Shown here: positions 29,457 to 42,116 of the stretch, piece by piece | Numbering within the stretch: the first letter of the stretch is position 1 | Layout of the letters: every line of letters starts with the position of its first letter | The notes under the pieces: model-generated | Told to the model about the DNA's origin: nothing | The model's input: the letters and a program-made list of their open reading frames with translations, nothing else | The model's database searches: none | Origin: Bugula neritina | Taxonomy: Eukaryota > Animalia > Bryozoa | DNA: 64,000 nucleotides | Direction of reading: 5' to 3' | NCBI GenBank assembly: GCA_964035545.1 | Contig: OZ037766.1 | Location: forward strand, 29,204,640 to 29,268,639 | Translations under genes and position numbers: made by a program

Positions 29457-32400
29457 ATGCAGTATAAGAATATGTTTTTCTCGTTAGTACTTTGTGCAAC
29501 TTTAGTAATAATCGGTGACTATTTTTATTCTCGTACATCAAATAGTCAAAAGGAGCAGCAGAATGAGAGTGATGACTCGCAATCTAAAAGGCAGCTAACA
29601 CGTGCTGCCACAAAGAGTGCTGGATCATCTGCTGATCGCACAGAAAACAAGGAGAATGAGAAGGGTAAAATTGGAACAGTAGCAACTGAGCAACAAGTTC
29701 ATGTGGATAGTCTGTCCAATTTCAGTGCAATTGAAGACTTAAACGAAGCATTGTTTGAGTTAAAAAAAGTATCACCTCAACTCTCCCTGCAGCAACAAGT
29801 AAGCAATGTTACCCAGTTTACTGTACCATAGATTGTGTGGTGTTGTGATCACCCGTAGTCCCTGTGGTTTAATGATTAGCACACTTGCTTGCAAACTAGA
29901 GGTCCCCGGTTCAAATTCCAATGGAGGCAAAGTTTTTACATAAATTGTAGATCAATGCTAGTACACACAGCTGTGCTGCTCTATTTTATAATCTGTGGAA
30001 TTAAACTAACTTTATATGGCAAGGAGCTTTACAGAAGCGCAGCTTTTAACAACAATACAATATTTTGAGCATTATGGCTCATAGTAAACTAGACAATATG
30101 GTAAATATAAAGTAACAGTAATAGAGGAGAATATTTATTATGTTATTATAGGCAGTTATTTTAACATCGGGATTTAAACTCTTACAGTATTCAATCACAG
30201 TATATTACAAAACTTGTTAACTAAAGGTGTTATTTTAACAGTTAATAAACCCTCTTATTGCAGGGGAATCCAAACATTGATGAGGAGATTAGGCAGAATG
30301 CTGCATATACACTGAATAGGTGTAAAAGCTTGGCAAGGTAATACAATAGCTTATAATATTAAAATTATTAGTTTTTTGTAGTGTTGAGGAATTTTTTCAA
30401 ATTCCCAGCCTTAATTTGTAGAGATAAATTATTAAAGCACATTAGAAAAATATACACAAGTTACTGAACTTTTGTTGAACAATTGTTATTCATTATATTA
30501 GCAATTCAAAATAATTTTGATAAAAAGACTGTATATTTATTGCTTAGTGTACTTGTTATTTAATGCCAAAAGTTGCTGATTTGAAACTAATTTTTTGTTG
30601 TTTTATAATCAATACTTGAAGAACGTACACAGTACATCATATAGAAATCATGAAATACGTAGCACATACATAATATTTCAAGAAGTCAAGCTATTTATAG
30701 ATGATCGTGTTTTTAATTAGAAAGAGTTAATTGTTTAACTCCTAATATTATGTTTGTCCTTTGATATAGTAATGAAGTAGATTTATTGGCACACACACCC
30801 GCTGATCGGGAACGTTCGAAAACTCTGACATCAATAAGGCAGCATGACCGATATCTTTTTACTCTCTTAGCCAAGTGTGGATTAACAACATGGATCTTTA
30901 CATTCTTTGAAAGTCAGGGCAAAATTGAGCAGCTAAAAAAAGATCGAAAGTATGTATGATAAATGCAGTTGATAAAGTTTAAGCATAATTTGTTTATTAC
31001 ATATATACAGCCCGAATTCCTGCACGAAAATGTATTACCGTGTCATGGGTCCTGTGTTATAGCAACACCAGAGTATTAGTAACAGAATAGCCCTGCAGAA
31101 CCTATGGCTATGTGGGAGTTGTTTTATTATTGTGAGATAACTGTCAATTGTTGACATTGTATATGTATTATAGTAAATGCATATATATAATATTATAGTA
31201 AATAGAATGTTTTAAAGTACTATGCAACTTAATTTAGGCATTTTATTACTAATTATGGTTACATGTGTACATGTGAGCATGCTACAATCATCAAATATAA
31301 AATATTATCTAATGGTCGTGGCATGTGCACAGATGTACACATGAAACTATTAGTAATACAATGTTTTAATCAAATTTTATTGTACTCTATAACTTTTTAT
31401 TGACGCTGCTTTGCTCTGAATTGAGCTCTATTTTGTGGTGAACTATAAAACATTTTATAACATATTTTAGTAGATATTAAATAATACAACAAACCAATAA
31501 TTAATTTAATGGCAATTTATTTCTATCAAAAATACTTTTTCTTTAAGATATGCATGGGAAGTTAATTTCAAACCAGCCAAACTGCGTAAAAGATTCTTAG
31601 CAGACATATACCCTCGAAAAGAGGTGTACAAGCATAGAATTTTGTTTGTAAGGTTAGTATGTATCTATTTCTTTTAGTTTGAGGTTTTTTGATGATGAAT
31701 TAATATTTTGAACTTTTTTGATGAGTGCATGCTTTGATTTTTGATTTGCTTACAAAATTTTTGCATGTAATATATACGCATATATTGATGAGTTATTCAA
31801 GGTTTTTAATACAACTATACTATATTTACCAACTTTGTATTAGTCTTTACAGTTGATGTTTATTTACATCAAAGAGAAGTTGTCTAGCTATGAAAACCTT
31901 GTTCATGTGTTGAATATTATAACTCAGCCCTATTGTCAATCACAATACTAGGTAAAATAATAAAACAGAAAATTAGGGGTAATCTAATGATTAGGTTTCT
32001 GTTTGCAAATAGAATGATAAACTAAAATATTATATTTCAATTTTCTATACAAAATGCCACATTTAATGCGAAGTATAAAACAGTAATGCATGTTTCTCTT
32101 TGCTAACAGAATTTTCCCTTCCCAGTAACACCTGAGGTACAACTCTAATCTCTGAGATGATTTATGTGTGTTTTAGGAACCCGTATGATCGACTCGTATC
32201 TGCCTACCTTAACAAAGCAGTATATAGAAATGGCATCTATGTGAAAATGCACCGCAAACCCTGCCCATGGTGGACGACAAAGAATAAAAATATTTTAACT
32301 TTCAGTCAGTTTGTAAATTGCATATTGATTAAAGCTAAAAAGACAAAGTTTAGACTTGACTCTAGAAAAGCAGCGAATGTGTTGGACATGCACTGGATGC

Positions 32401-32660
32401 CACAAGCTCATTTATCCCTACCCTGTAAAATAGAATACAATTTGATAGCCAAGTATGACAAGTTCAGGGAGAGTGCTAAGTACATTATTCAACTGTTGAA
32501 GTTGAACTCTACTCTACCAGAACATAATGTGTCTGAAAGAGGAAATATGACTACAGGCGATTACATCAGACAACTGAATGTAACTCAGCTAAAAGATATA
32601 CAGATGTTATATAAATATGATTTCAGCCTTTTTGGATTTGATACAGTAATACCAGTTTGA
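29457..32660 (+). CDS. Golgi carbohydrate sulfotransferase (CHST8-14/HNK-1 ST-like, Sulfotransfer_2 family), type II membrane
   Basis: Exons 29457-29798, 30264-30337, 30770-30949, 31548-31652, 32177-32660, phase-consistent. N-terminal TM, 5'-PSB-like LAKCGLTTW, 3'-PB FVRNPYDRLVSAY, HWMPQ..LSLPC, C-terminal LYKYDFSLFGF. Confidence 0.9.
29856..29932 (+). mobile_element. tRNA(Ala-TGC)-derived SINE head or tRNA pseudogene
   Basis: A-box-like TGGTTTAATGA, anticodon-loop-like CTTGCAA, B-box-like GGTTCAAATTC. Stems pair poorly; located in sulfotransferase intron 1. Confidence 0.6.
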
Positions 32661-33936
32661 TGAAATATGCCATATTTTGATAACTAATATTGTTTTGTAA
32701 AGTTTCTTTATAACAATTGAACTGCAAAATCGAAAGTCTAAAATAATAATACTAATTCAAAAGCAAGATAGAGCAATGCACGGCCAGACAAGAATCTTGA
32801 TATGTAGGAGTTTTAGCTTTACATTTGTTGATAACGTAAAGGGCTTAGAGAGGTCTAAAGAGCAGGATGTCTAAAACATATGCAAAACTGTTTCAGCAAA
32901 GTATATACGACCTGCCCGTATACCTAAGTGTGATTGGATACCATAACACACAGAGCCTGCCTAATAATTATAAAGTTTGTAGGTATTTGAATATAAATTA
33001 GCACTCTGTTACCAATTTGAGACAAGAAAGGTAATGTTCAAAGAGTATCAGGGTGCTGTGCTTTCAAACAGAAAATTCTACTCAATAAAACGGACATTGT
33101 CAACTTAGGTAACATTTTACAACCTGATTGTCTCTCAAATACTCAATGATGATAATTTCATATCATATTTTAACTAAAAATAATTCACACTCACTTGTTT
33201 ATGCTTTAGAGACATACAAACTTATATGGTTATATTTTATAACATGGTTAATTTTTATTGGAAGAAGTAGACAAGCCCCTATATTATAATATTGTTAAAA
33301 GGCAGAAAACACCCTTCTACGTAAGACTGCTGCATATCTTTGTAGAAATGTACAGAATATTCCGGTGAACTGGAGTCATGAAGTGTGCATAAGAACTCTT
33401 TGTGTTGTGAGTACAAATAATAGTACATACAGCTCTCCATATGGTAGCATCCATATAACAATTGTATCATGAACTTATACTTACTTATTATTCTTTAGTA
33501 ATATATGTTAATACTTGAATGTTTTAATAGCATTCATATAACTTATTATTCTTTAGCAATGTAAATTAATACTTGAAGGTCTTAAAACTCATGTACAAGC
33601 TTTTATTATCTTCATTTTAATTCCAACTCTGCTGTAAATTGTTTCATAAAACAGAACATTAAGCAATCTTTTGTATTCATGCATTTATGTATAAATTATA
33701 ATAACAATAACACAGAATATTTCACTAAATAAGAATCTGCAAGCTGCTCTGTTGTGTTGTATAGATAAGTACTGCAATAAATTACTGTCAACTTTCTTAC
33801 TGCCACTACACTTTATTCTCTCAAATCTCGAAGCTAAGTGACCCAATTGATAAACCAACAGTATGTCACAACAGTTACATAGCACTTTGAAAACCACAAC
33901 ATAATTACTTTGACAGCATAATTGTATCGCTATAAC

Positions 33937-35699
33937 CAGGGATGTAGTGGTACCCATACGGTCCCATACGCCGTATGGCCAAGAAGAAAATAGGCTGTTC
34001 TTGGCCATATGCCCGTATGGGCATATATTTTTTGAAAGTGTTACTGATTAGTGCACAGGATAGTTAGGGCATCCTCACTGAGAACATCATAAATTTCGCT
34101 CACAATCTAGTTTAAGTTCTTGTTATGTTAATGCTATGTGGGTGGCATGCGTGTTGCCTACTTGTGATTGTTTAGCCTGAGATTACACTATGAATAATAA
34201 ACAGCTATCAACAGTCCATCTTCCCATCTCTACGTATTCACTGAAGCGCGAAGTGCTGCGCATTAGTGATTACTAAGGAAAAAATATTTCATTTTCAGTG
34301 TATAAATCACTAATTTGTAGAAAATCTATGAAGGCTATTGAAAAGATAAAAAAGTTTGCTATGCATAAATTTCTCAGGTTTTCGACAGTGTTTATTTTAT
34401 TTGAATACTATGCTTTCCTGCTGAGATATTTGGCAGGGATTGAAAAATAAACTTTTCAGGTAAAATTGGCCAAAATAGTAGATTTTTGTCTATAACCTTG
34501 CAAAAAAAATATTGAAAATTCGAAAAATCAGGTGCTCTGAGGAACAGGAAGATCTAAAACATAGTTTTTAAATTTTAATTCTAGCACAATTAAGTATGGT
34601 TTTATTTGGCGGGACTGAATTCTTATAATATACCAATAATGTGGCCTCAGCAAGGCAGTGTCAGCTAGAAAGCTGCCATTATTTATCTTGTGTGGACTTG
34701 CATTTTGTCAATAAGCAATCCAGAAATAAAATCAAAATGTCTTCAGGAAACAGTACCAGGTGTGTAGGAGAGGTTAATGAAAATTTATCACTGAGGTCTA
34801 CAGGTACTATATTCACATTTTGGTTGCGTTATTCCATGTTAATTATCAATGCAATGAGGTTTTGCAAACTATACACCACCATAAGTAACCTTTTATGTTT
34901 GATTGTACTAACGTCTGGCTTTACATTTAATCATCTTCTAGGTTAACACATATTGAACCTGTCAAATTTGTTCTTTTGGGTATATTTCCTTGATGTGTCT
35001 AGTGGAAGCTCAGGGGTTTTACTTTAAAACCAAGTTAACATACTCTTCTTTGGTGTGCTTTATTGTGTGCAAGGAGGTGCGGTGGTATCTCCTTATGGAT
35101 TAGACTAGTAGGCTATACTCTAATAAACTCCAACTAGGTTTTCAACCAATTTCTGCTTGCCAATGAGTTATCAATTCAAATTGCTCTTTATAAATAACCA
35201 ACACACATTTTCTGATTTGCAATCTTCCTCTGTTCTGTTCTATTATTCTTTTTCTGTGCACGGCAGTGTATTGGTTATTTAAAGTAATCAGGTTACATTT
35301 GGAGAGCACTTGTTACCTGTCTCTATCCTTCCATCTTTTTGAGATCTTCAGCAATTTTTCTGTACAGGTTGGACTTAGTGTCAGTTGAGTAAGACTACAT
35401 TTAAAATTACAGTCAACAGGTATGGGACAAGACTGAATATTTATATAGTTTGCAGCAATGCCCAGTCGTCATGTAGCTGGTATGGTATGAAAATAATAGT
35501 GAGGTGCACATTTCAACACAGATTTTTTTCAGAAGAATTAGAATTCACAATAGCTTTAAATTGCATAAATTTGCATCAGAAGCGCTCTGAGGGCTTCGGC
35601 GGCCGGGGCGCTGCCCCGGACCCCGCCGGGGGCCTGGGCGGCCCCCTGAACCCCCGGCCTGAGAGTATGGCCTAGAACATTTTTGCCACTACATCCCTG
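33937..35699. mobile_element. Non-autonomous hAT-type DNA transposon, 1763 bp
   Basis: Perfect 14-bp TIRs CAGGGATGTAGTGG (33937-33950) and CCACTACATCCCTG (35686-35699). Perfect 8-bp TSD GCTATAAC (33929-33936, 35700-35707). Subterminal CCATACG/CGTATGG repeats and a GC-rich block at 35585-35660. No transposase ORF. Confidence 0.93.
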
Positions 35700-36146
35700 G
35701 CTATAACATTACACAATATAAGGCTACTAGCAGGTATAAGTCATGGGATAATATAAACATAGCTAATTAGTAAACAGAAACAAACATTACATGTTCTGAT
35801 GTCAGATTATAATAAGGTAGTTGTTAATTTCGTCACAGTCATTCATTGGTCACATTAATATGTATATAAGAAGCAAACAAGTTTGGTTGAGGGTTTGTCC
35901 ATTGACATGTAATATTTTTATTTGATATTTAGTTTCGCTTTTTATAATAAATATATATTTAGACATGCATCAATAGTATAATCTAATACAAACAAAATAA
36001 ATATTTTGGTTTATAATTCTAGTATAGCACAAAACAATGCAATATAAGTAGAGTTATACACTTAGTTATATAGTAGCAGCAAAAAATTAACTCATATATT
36101 AGACTTGACTATAAAAGAAAAAAATTTGAAAGCAGAATTTGCTAGA

Positions 36147-36989
36147 TTAATCTGAACGCTTAAATAACTTTGCCAACAGGTAACCAAACAGGTTCCCCGC
36201 CAGATGGTTTAAATGGTCAACGGGAGAACTCACCTGCCACTCTCTGATAACAGCCTTGAGATCGGAATACATACCAAAAAAGAGAATCGGTAGCGTTATT
36301 CTTATTTCCGGATCTACTGTGACAGAGTAGGCCAGCAGGGCACTGATAGCCCCAGATGCTCCCAGCCCGAGAGAAATTTTAGGGACCATAAAGACGATGT
36401 TCAAACTGGATACATAGCTAGCTAAGATCCCGCCAGTCAAGTAAACAACAAAGATGTTAGACGGATGGTCATTACAGCAATACAATATTGGAGCCAGAGC
36501 TGCTGTGTTTCCTATCAAATGCTTCAAGCTGCTATGATTGAAAATACTGAATATTGCTCCTAAAATTGGAGCTCGCCCAAATACATCATCAGTTGCGTAA
36601 TTAAAGTCAAAAGAAGTTATTCTTTTCCAATTTTTAATTCTTGCCAAGCTAAAGATTGTAAATACACCGAAGTTGATGGCAATAAGTTGGAAAGCAAACT
36701 TTCTTTTTTGATTCGATTTCTCTTCATCGCTTCTATCATCCTTTTTATCACTTTTCAAAACTGTTGAAGCACCAGTCACAGCCACTACCGAAAGTATTGT
36801 CGGTTTTATCAGAAAGAAAACTCTGTTTTTTAATGGTAGATCCTTCGGTGAAATGAAACTTTTGATGGTACCTAAGCTTCGCCTAATTATTCCAAGTTGA
36901 AAGTTTCCAACATTCTTAGCAAGCTTATTTCTGACTCCAGGCTTCAAGACAATACTTTTACATAAATTTGCTGTTGTAGAAAAAATCAT
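36147..36989 (-). CDS. Rhomboid intramembrane serine protease, PARL/mitochondrial-like, intronless CDS
   Basis: Single ORF; first ATG at 36989 (the track start at 36995 is GTG). FNHSSLKHLIGN (H..H..N), catalytic GASG, DHLNHLAGNLFG. Basic, acid-poor N-terminus resembles a mitochondrial presequence. Confidence 0.88.
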   Translation of the reverse strand: MIFSTTANLCKSIVLKPGVRNKLAKNVGNFQLGIIRRSLGTIKSFISPKDLPLKNRVFFLIKPTILSVVAVTGASTVLKSDKKDDRSDEEKSNQKRKFAFQLIAINFGVFTIFSLARIKNWKRITSFDFNYATDDVFGRAPILGAIFSIFNHSSLKHLIGNTAALAPILYCCNDHPSNIFVVYLTGGILASYVSSLNIVFMVPKISLGLGASGAISALLAYSVTVDPEIRITLPILFFGMYSDLKAVIREWQVSSPVDHLNHLAGNLFGYLLAKLFKRSD

Positions 36990-38373
36990 ATTCACTGTTG
37001 AAAATGCTATTTGTTGAAACTTCTTTTCAATGAGTCATCATTTTGCACTTCAGCGCTGCTGATAATTTTCTATCTGTAAAAAACATTCATGTTATCAGAT
37101 TTATTCTTAATGAAAGTGTTTTAATTTTAGCTCTAAAATTCCAATGAAAAAAGCAGAATTACTTAAAAAAATTTGCACCAAACAAAACTAGGTTCAGTGT
37201 AGTGTAACATTACATAGTATTTCTACTGTATATGAGAGATGAGACAACTCAGATGTTTATACTAACTTAGCACTTTTGTTATATTATATATTATAGTTTA
37301 ATAAACTTTTACAGTTACAAACCTTATAATCCCATGATATATCTTAGAGTTGTAAAACTGATAACCTAGCTGCTCACCTTCCATAACTGCACTTCAAAGA
37401 ATAAATATTTTAAATTAAACAATTTTTTAAGATTGTAATATTAATGACATAAAATATATAAAAAAATAAAGTTACTTATTTAATTAGTGCATTTTTTTCA
37501 AAAATTACAAGTATGCAAATTATTAAAATTATTATCCTCCTGCAGTTGTAAATTCAAAAAATATTATTATATTTTGTGAACCATTACAAGAAAACATTAT
37601 ATGCAGATAAAATACTTTGTTTAAAAGAATTTTGTTTATTTTGTTTACAAAACTGAAAAAAAATGTCTTAGAAAAACAAGCAGGTGGTTTTATATATCAA
37701 AAAAAACTTTTTGAAATAATTCATTTAATATGTTATAAATAAAAGTAGTTATGACAAATGGCTCTTGCTATTAGATTTTCCTTAATTAATTTATTTAAAA
37801 ACAAACTAAATTTGCTAATGCTATAATAAAAGATATGCTTCTTAGAATTAAACTAAAAAAATTCTTATTATTAATATTAAAATAAAGCAAAGTAATAGTT
37901 GAACTATCACTGTATCTTCAGGGTTTGCAAAAGAATGTTGCTTCCTGTTTAATTAATGTTAAGTTTCTAGATCAATATTTGCTCTCTAATATTGCAGTGA
38001 TGTGACTTGGTCAGAAATTATATACTATATAAATTATTTATATAGTATATAATTATATAAATAAAAAGGTTTGGTGAGCATCATGCAGTTGCATGGTGTT
38101 TGTTTTAACTTTACAATGATCTCAACTAGAACTCTGTGTGTTGTAATCGGTAGTGCATGATGTTCAATATAGAAAAGGCACTTAAAACATAATATTATAG
38201 CAAGTTTTACATTCAGTGATATAAATTTAATTAAATTACAAACAGAAAAATTAATGAAAAGCAATCATTTTTATAAATATATTACATGTATAAATATTTT
38301 TATATGTTCTTATGATTATAGCTGCTTATAAACGACTTATCATTACAGTACAGCCAAGTTGACTCATTCTTAA

Positions 38374-39141
38374 AGGATTGCTCTATCTTGTCTAATAAAT
38401 GGCCATTTAGGTCAAACACACATAATATTGTGTTTTTCTAAGCATGCATTGACAAAAAGCATTTGACCAAAGGTAGAAAAAGTTAGTTGAAGTTGAGGGT
38501 GTAAATTGGTAACAGCCAAAACGCCGATTTTGAAATGAGCTGGGAAATGTGACGTAACAGCGCCAGCATTCCTGCTGGTCACGTGACTATACAAAGGAAT
38601 AACTATAGAAATATGACTGTGAGATGTGATCTTTCAGCTCGTAATTTGTATATTTATAGAAGTGCAAATGTGAATTATCTCAATCTATAGTTTTTTGACA
38701 TGTTAAATAACATGTATGTGATAACATTAGGCCATATTTTGCTTGTAAGCATAGAAAAAAGCATTGCAAAAACATGCATTCTTTAGGATGAATGCCTGCG
38801 ATCGATCTAAACTAGGTCAGATTGTGCAATATTACGGGCGCACCAAAGCTGACCTATATAGCGCACTGTAACTGCTTGAGCGTTATTGGTTGATGTTGCG
38901 CTCAGCAACCTTGAATACTAGCGTTATAGTTAGCACGTGCAGCATAGTTACTGGCGTTCACACGTCACGTATTAGGCTATTCTTTTTCATGGCTGAAAAT
39001 TTTACCTCCCTCAAAATTGGAATTTTGAAAAGCTGTTTTCTAGGCATATATCCTTTTGCAAAGTCACAATTGTTTGCATACACATTAGATTATAGTTCAT
39101 AATTATAATGTGATTGTAATAAACTAAGATAGAGCAATCCT
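38374..39141. mobile_element. Non-autonomous TTAA-flanked DNA transposon (Kolobok-like MITE), 768 bp
   Basis: TTAA|AGGATTGCTCTATCTT (38370-38389) and AAGATAGAGCAATCCT|TTAA (39126-39145): 16-bp perfect TIR with TTAA duplication. AG termini fit Kolobok rather than piggyBac (CC). Confidence 0.85.
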
Positions 39142-39208
39142 TTAAGGAATAATATAAACAATAGATTTGACTGCATTTGTTTGGTTTGATTCAAGAAATA
39201 TCAGCATT

Positions 39209-39275
39209 TGTGTCTGTGTATGTGTGTGTGCACGCGTGTATGTGTATGTGTGTATGTGTGTGTGTGCGTGTGCGC

Positions 39276-39306
<31 letters not shown>

Positions 39307-39357
39307 TGTGTGTGTGCACGTGTGAGTGTGTGTGTATGTGTGTGTGCGTGTGTGTGT
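39209..39357. repeat. (TG)n/(TGCG) microsatellite
   Basis: Direct dinucleotide run. Confidence 0.97.
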
Positions 39358-40091
39358 CATTGACGGCAGAGGAGTTTAAATGAAAGTGCACGAGCTTATC
39401 TTTTCCTAATGCTGTGTCATTTTATTTTTGACTAATAAAACTTTGTGTATACACTACTTTACGCTCACAGAAACGCTTGTAGAAGAAAAGTTCAGTGTAT
39501 AATTGTTGGGGTGAATAAGACGCCAAAGCGATAAGTAATCACAAAAGTTTTAAATAAAGTTCAATAATTTCAAATTATCTAGAAAATACTTTCCTTATTT
39601 ACATTAAATTCTCATATTACTTGATGCAGTGTCAAACATTTTAAATGATTGCAAAAGCAAATGTTAATTTATATATAATATTTTGATGAATTTTATTATA
39701 ATCTAGATAATTAATTTTATAAATAATATACTTTTCATAGCTAAAAAGTATAAAAACACATTTAAAAAGTATAAAAACCAAAGTGTTGTATACAGCAAAT
39801 CTAACTCATGCAGTTATTCAAACAATGGATGAATATAAAATTGACAGCACTGTAACAAAGCCGAAGCACAAAACTAAATCACTCATTCCATTCTTAGGTT
39901 TGTGCAACATTTAAAATCATAATTTTTAAATTTATTATTAAACAGAAAATATCTATATAATATCTTAAACATATTTACTAAAATTATACAAAAGTATTTT
40001 ACTTATATGAAGCAAACAAATACAATTTTAGCTACAACAGGCATAACAGAAACATGTATATATACATGGTGTAAACTGCTTAAATTATATA

Positions 40092-42032
40092 CTAATTTTT
40101 TGAGCCGCCAGCGCATAAGGCGCAGGGAGTAAGTTGGCCATCAGTGGTTGCTGACACCAAAACAGGTGCTCCGATAACCGCATTTGTATCTGATTTGGAA
40201 AGTGAGTCAAGCACCATGCATATAGGAGCAGATAGCTGAGTTTCATTTGCTATGGCAGACATGAGATAACCGGAGTATACTACCTCCCACCCGGACTGAC
40301 TAACAGTACAGTCAGGGCGTCCAATTTGCATGTACTACAAATAACAAGCATGTAAAACTATTATTTTAGAGCGTATTTGAAAATGATTTGGGAGCAGCTG
40401 TGGCTTAGAGGTTAGAGCGATGACTTAGTAAAATGAGGTCAGTGGTTTGAGATGTTAGGAAGAGCTATAATAACGAAAACACGTCTTGAGTTTGCTTAAA
40501 GAACCTTGTCCATCAGGGGTTTTCATAGGGACAGAGACTATAGGCCTAAGCTTATGTGAGTCTTTTGTAAATGATATGCTGTGGATGTATTTTTTAAATA
40601 TAAAAGCAGTTAAAAAGCTGTTAATAATTAATAATAATATGACTTACTATATAAGATTTAGTTTATGCTTTTAAAAACGGCATTCAATTGCTTCCTATTT
40701 TAGTGCAACATATGTGTATAAATTTTCACAGTACCCTTAGAGCTGAGACTACATATATATTATGTTACTAGTAAAACAGTATTTTTAGTCGCAAAGTTTT
40801 AAACTTTCAAACCAAAAAATATTTTCAGAAATTAGCTACAGTTTTGATAAAACAAAAGAATATTTGCTATATGCATTTATAGTACAGTATAGGTTTGGTG
40901 ACAAATCACTTCACATAATAAAATTTAATACGTGTACAATCATGTGGCCCTTTGTTTTGGCTAGCTTCTGGGCTTGGCTCTCATACAAAAGAAATTGTCC
41001 ACTCTTGATGAAGATAGTAATGTTGAACTCATAGTTTTCATTAACAAAGCCGAAGGAAAAAAAATTCTTAGCATCTTTTTTGTAAACTAAATTGAGATTA
41101 AAATTTTTTTCTTTTAAATTATAGTGACATTGTAGAAATTAGATATTTCGTTGCAAATAAATAAAATTTATTCAATTTCTATGACCATAATATTTTGAAT
41201 TCTGCTTAATTTTTAGGCAAAAAGTTACAACCTTAAAACGATGAGTACCCACTCACCGTAATTAAAGATACTCTATTGTACTTACAGTAGTTATATAGTC
41301 GTACTCTATCGTACTTACAGTAGTTTGATGCACTCTATTGTACTTACAGTAGTTTGACGTACTCTATTATACTTACAGTAGTTTTTTGTTGCAGAAGACA
41401 AACCACACACGGCACTGCACCCCCGACATTAAACTCTGAAGCTATTAGTTGTGGGTCTGAGTCGGAGCTGTCTGTCGAAGAAACTGTTTTGATGTTTTCC
41501 CTACATACAAGTGATGCAGTATTTCTTTGGAAAAAACCAACGGCTGTTCCTGAAAAAGTATTTCTGAATTCCGATATTTTCTAACTGAGAAATAAATCAA
41601 AGCTTTCTAGATTTGCATTCAGTTTTTTTGAAAATATCAAAACTCAAATGGTTTTAATAATTTGTTAATAATAACCTATAGGTCTTTTTTCAGAATATTG
41701 TTTCATTTTCATATAATATACTTATGGTATAGACTTTTATGACAATTCAAAAATTATAATACACAGACAATCAAAAGAAAAATGCTAATTTATGCAGTTC
41801 AAAGATCATTTCATTAGTAATTCCTAATTTAATATATCAGTAAACAATTGGAAAAAGGCTTTAACAGCTTTTTAATATTATAAATACAAGTATTAAAATA
41901 CAACAGGGCTTTTATTTAAAATACAAAAATTTTTTGCTAAACACTATGTATAAATAATTCCTTATACCTCTTTATAAAGTATTACTATATAATGCACTAT
42001 TATATATATATTATAAATACAAGATATATGTA

Positions 42033-42116
<84 letters not shown>

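Noticed and set aside
29856-29932. Functional tRNA-Ala gene
   Set aside because: Acceptor and T stems pair poorly, so it is treated as a SINE head or pseudogene.
34641-35675. ORFs inside the hAT element as a transposase
   Set aside because: Short, with no BED finger, DDE or hAT dimerisation motifs.
39142-39391. HT/VC-repeat ORFs
   Set aside because: Translation of the (TG)n microsatellite.
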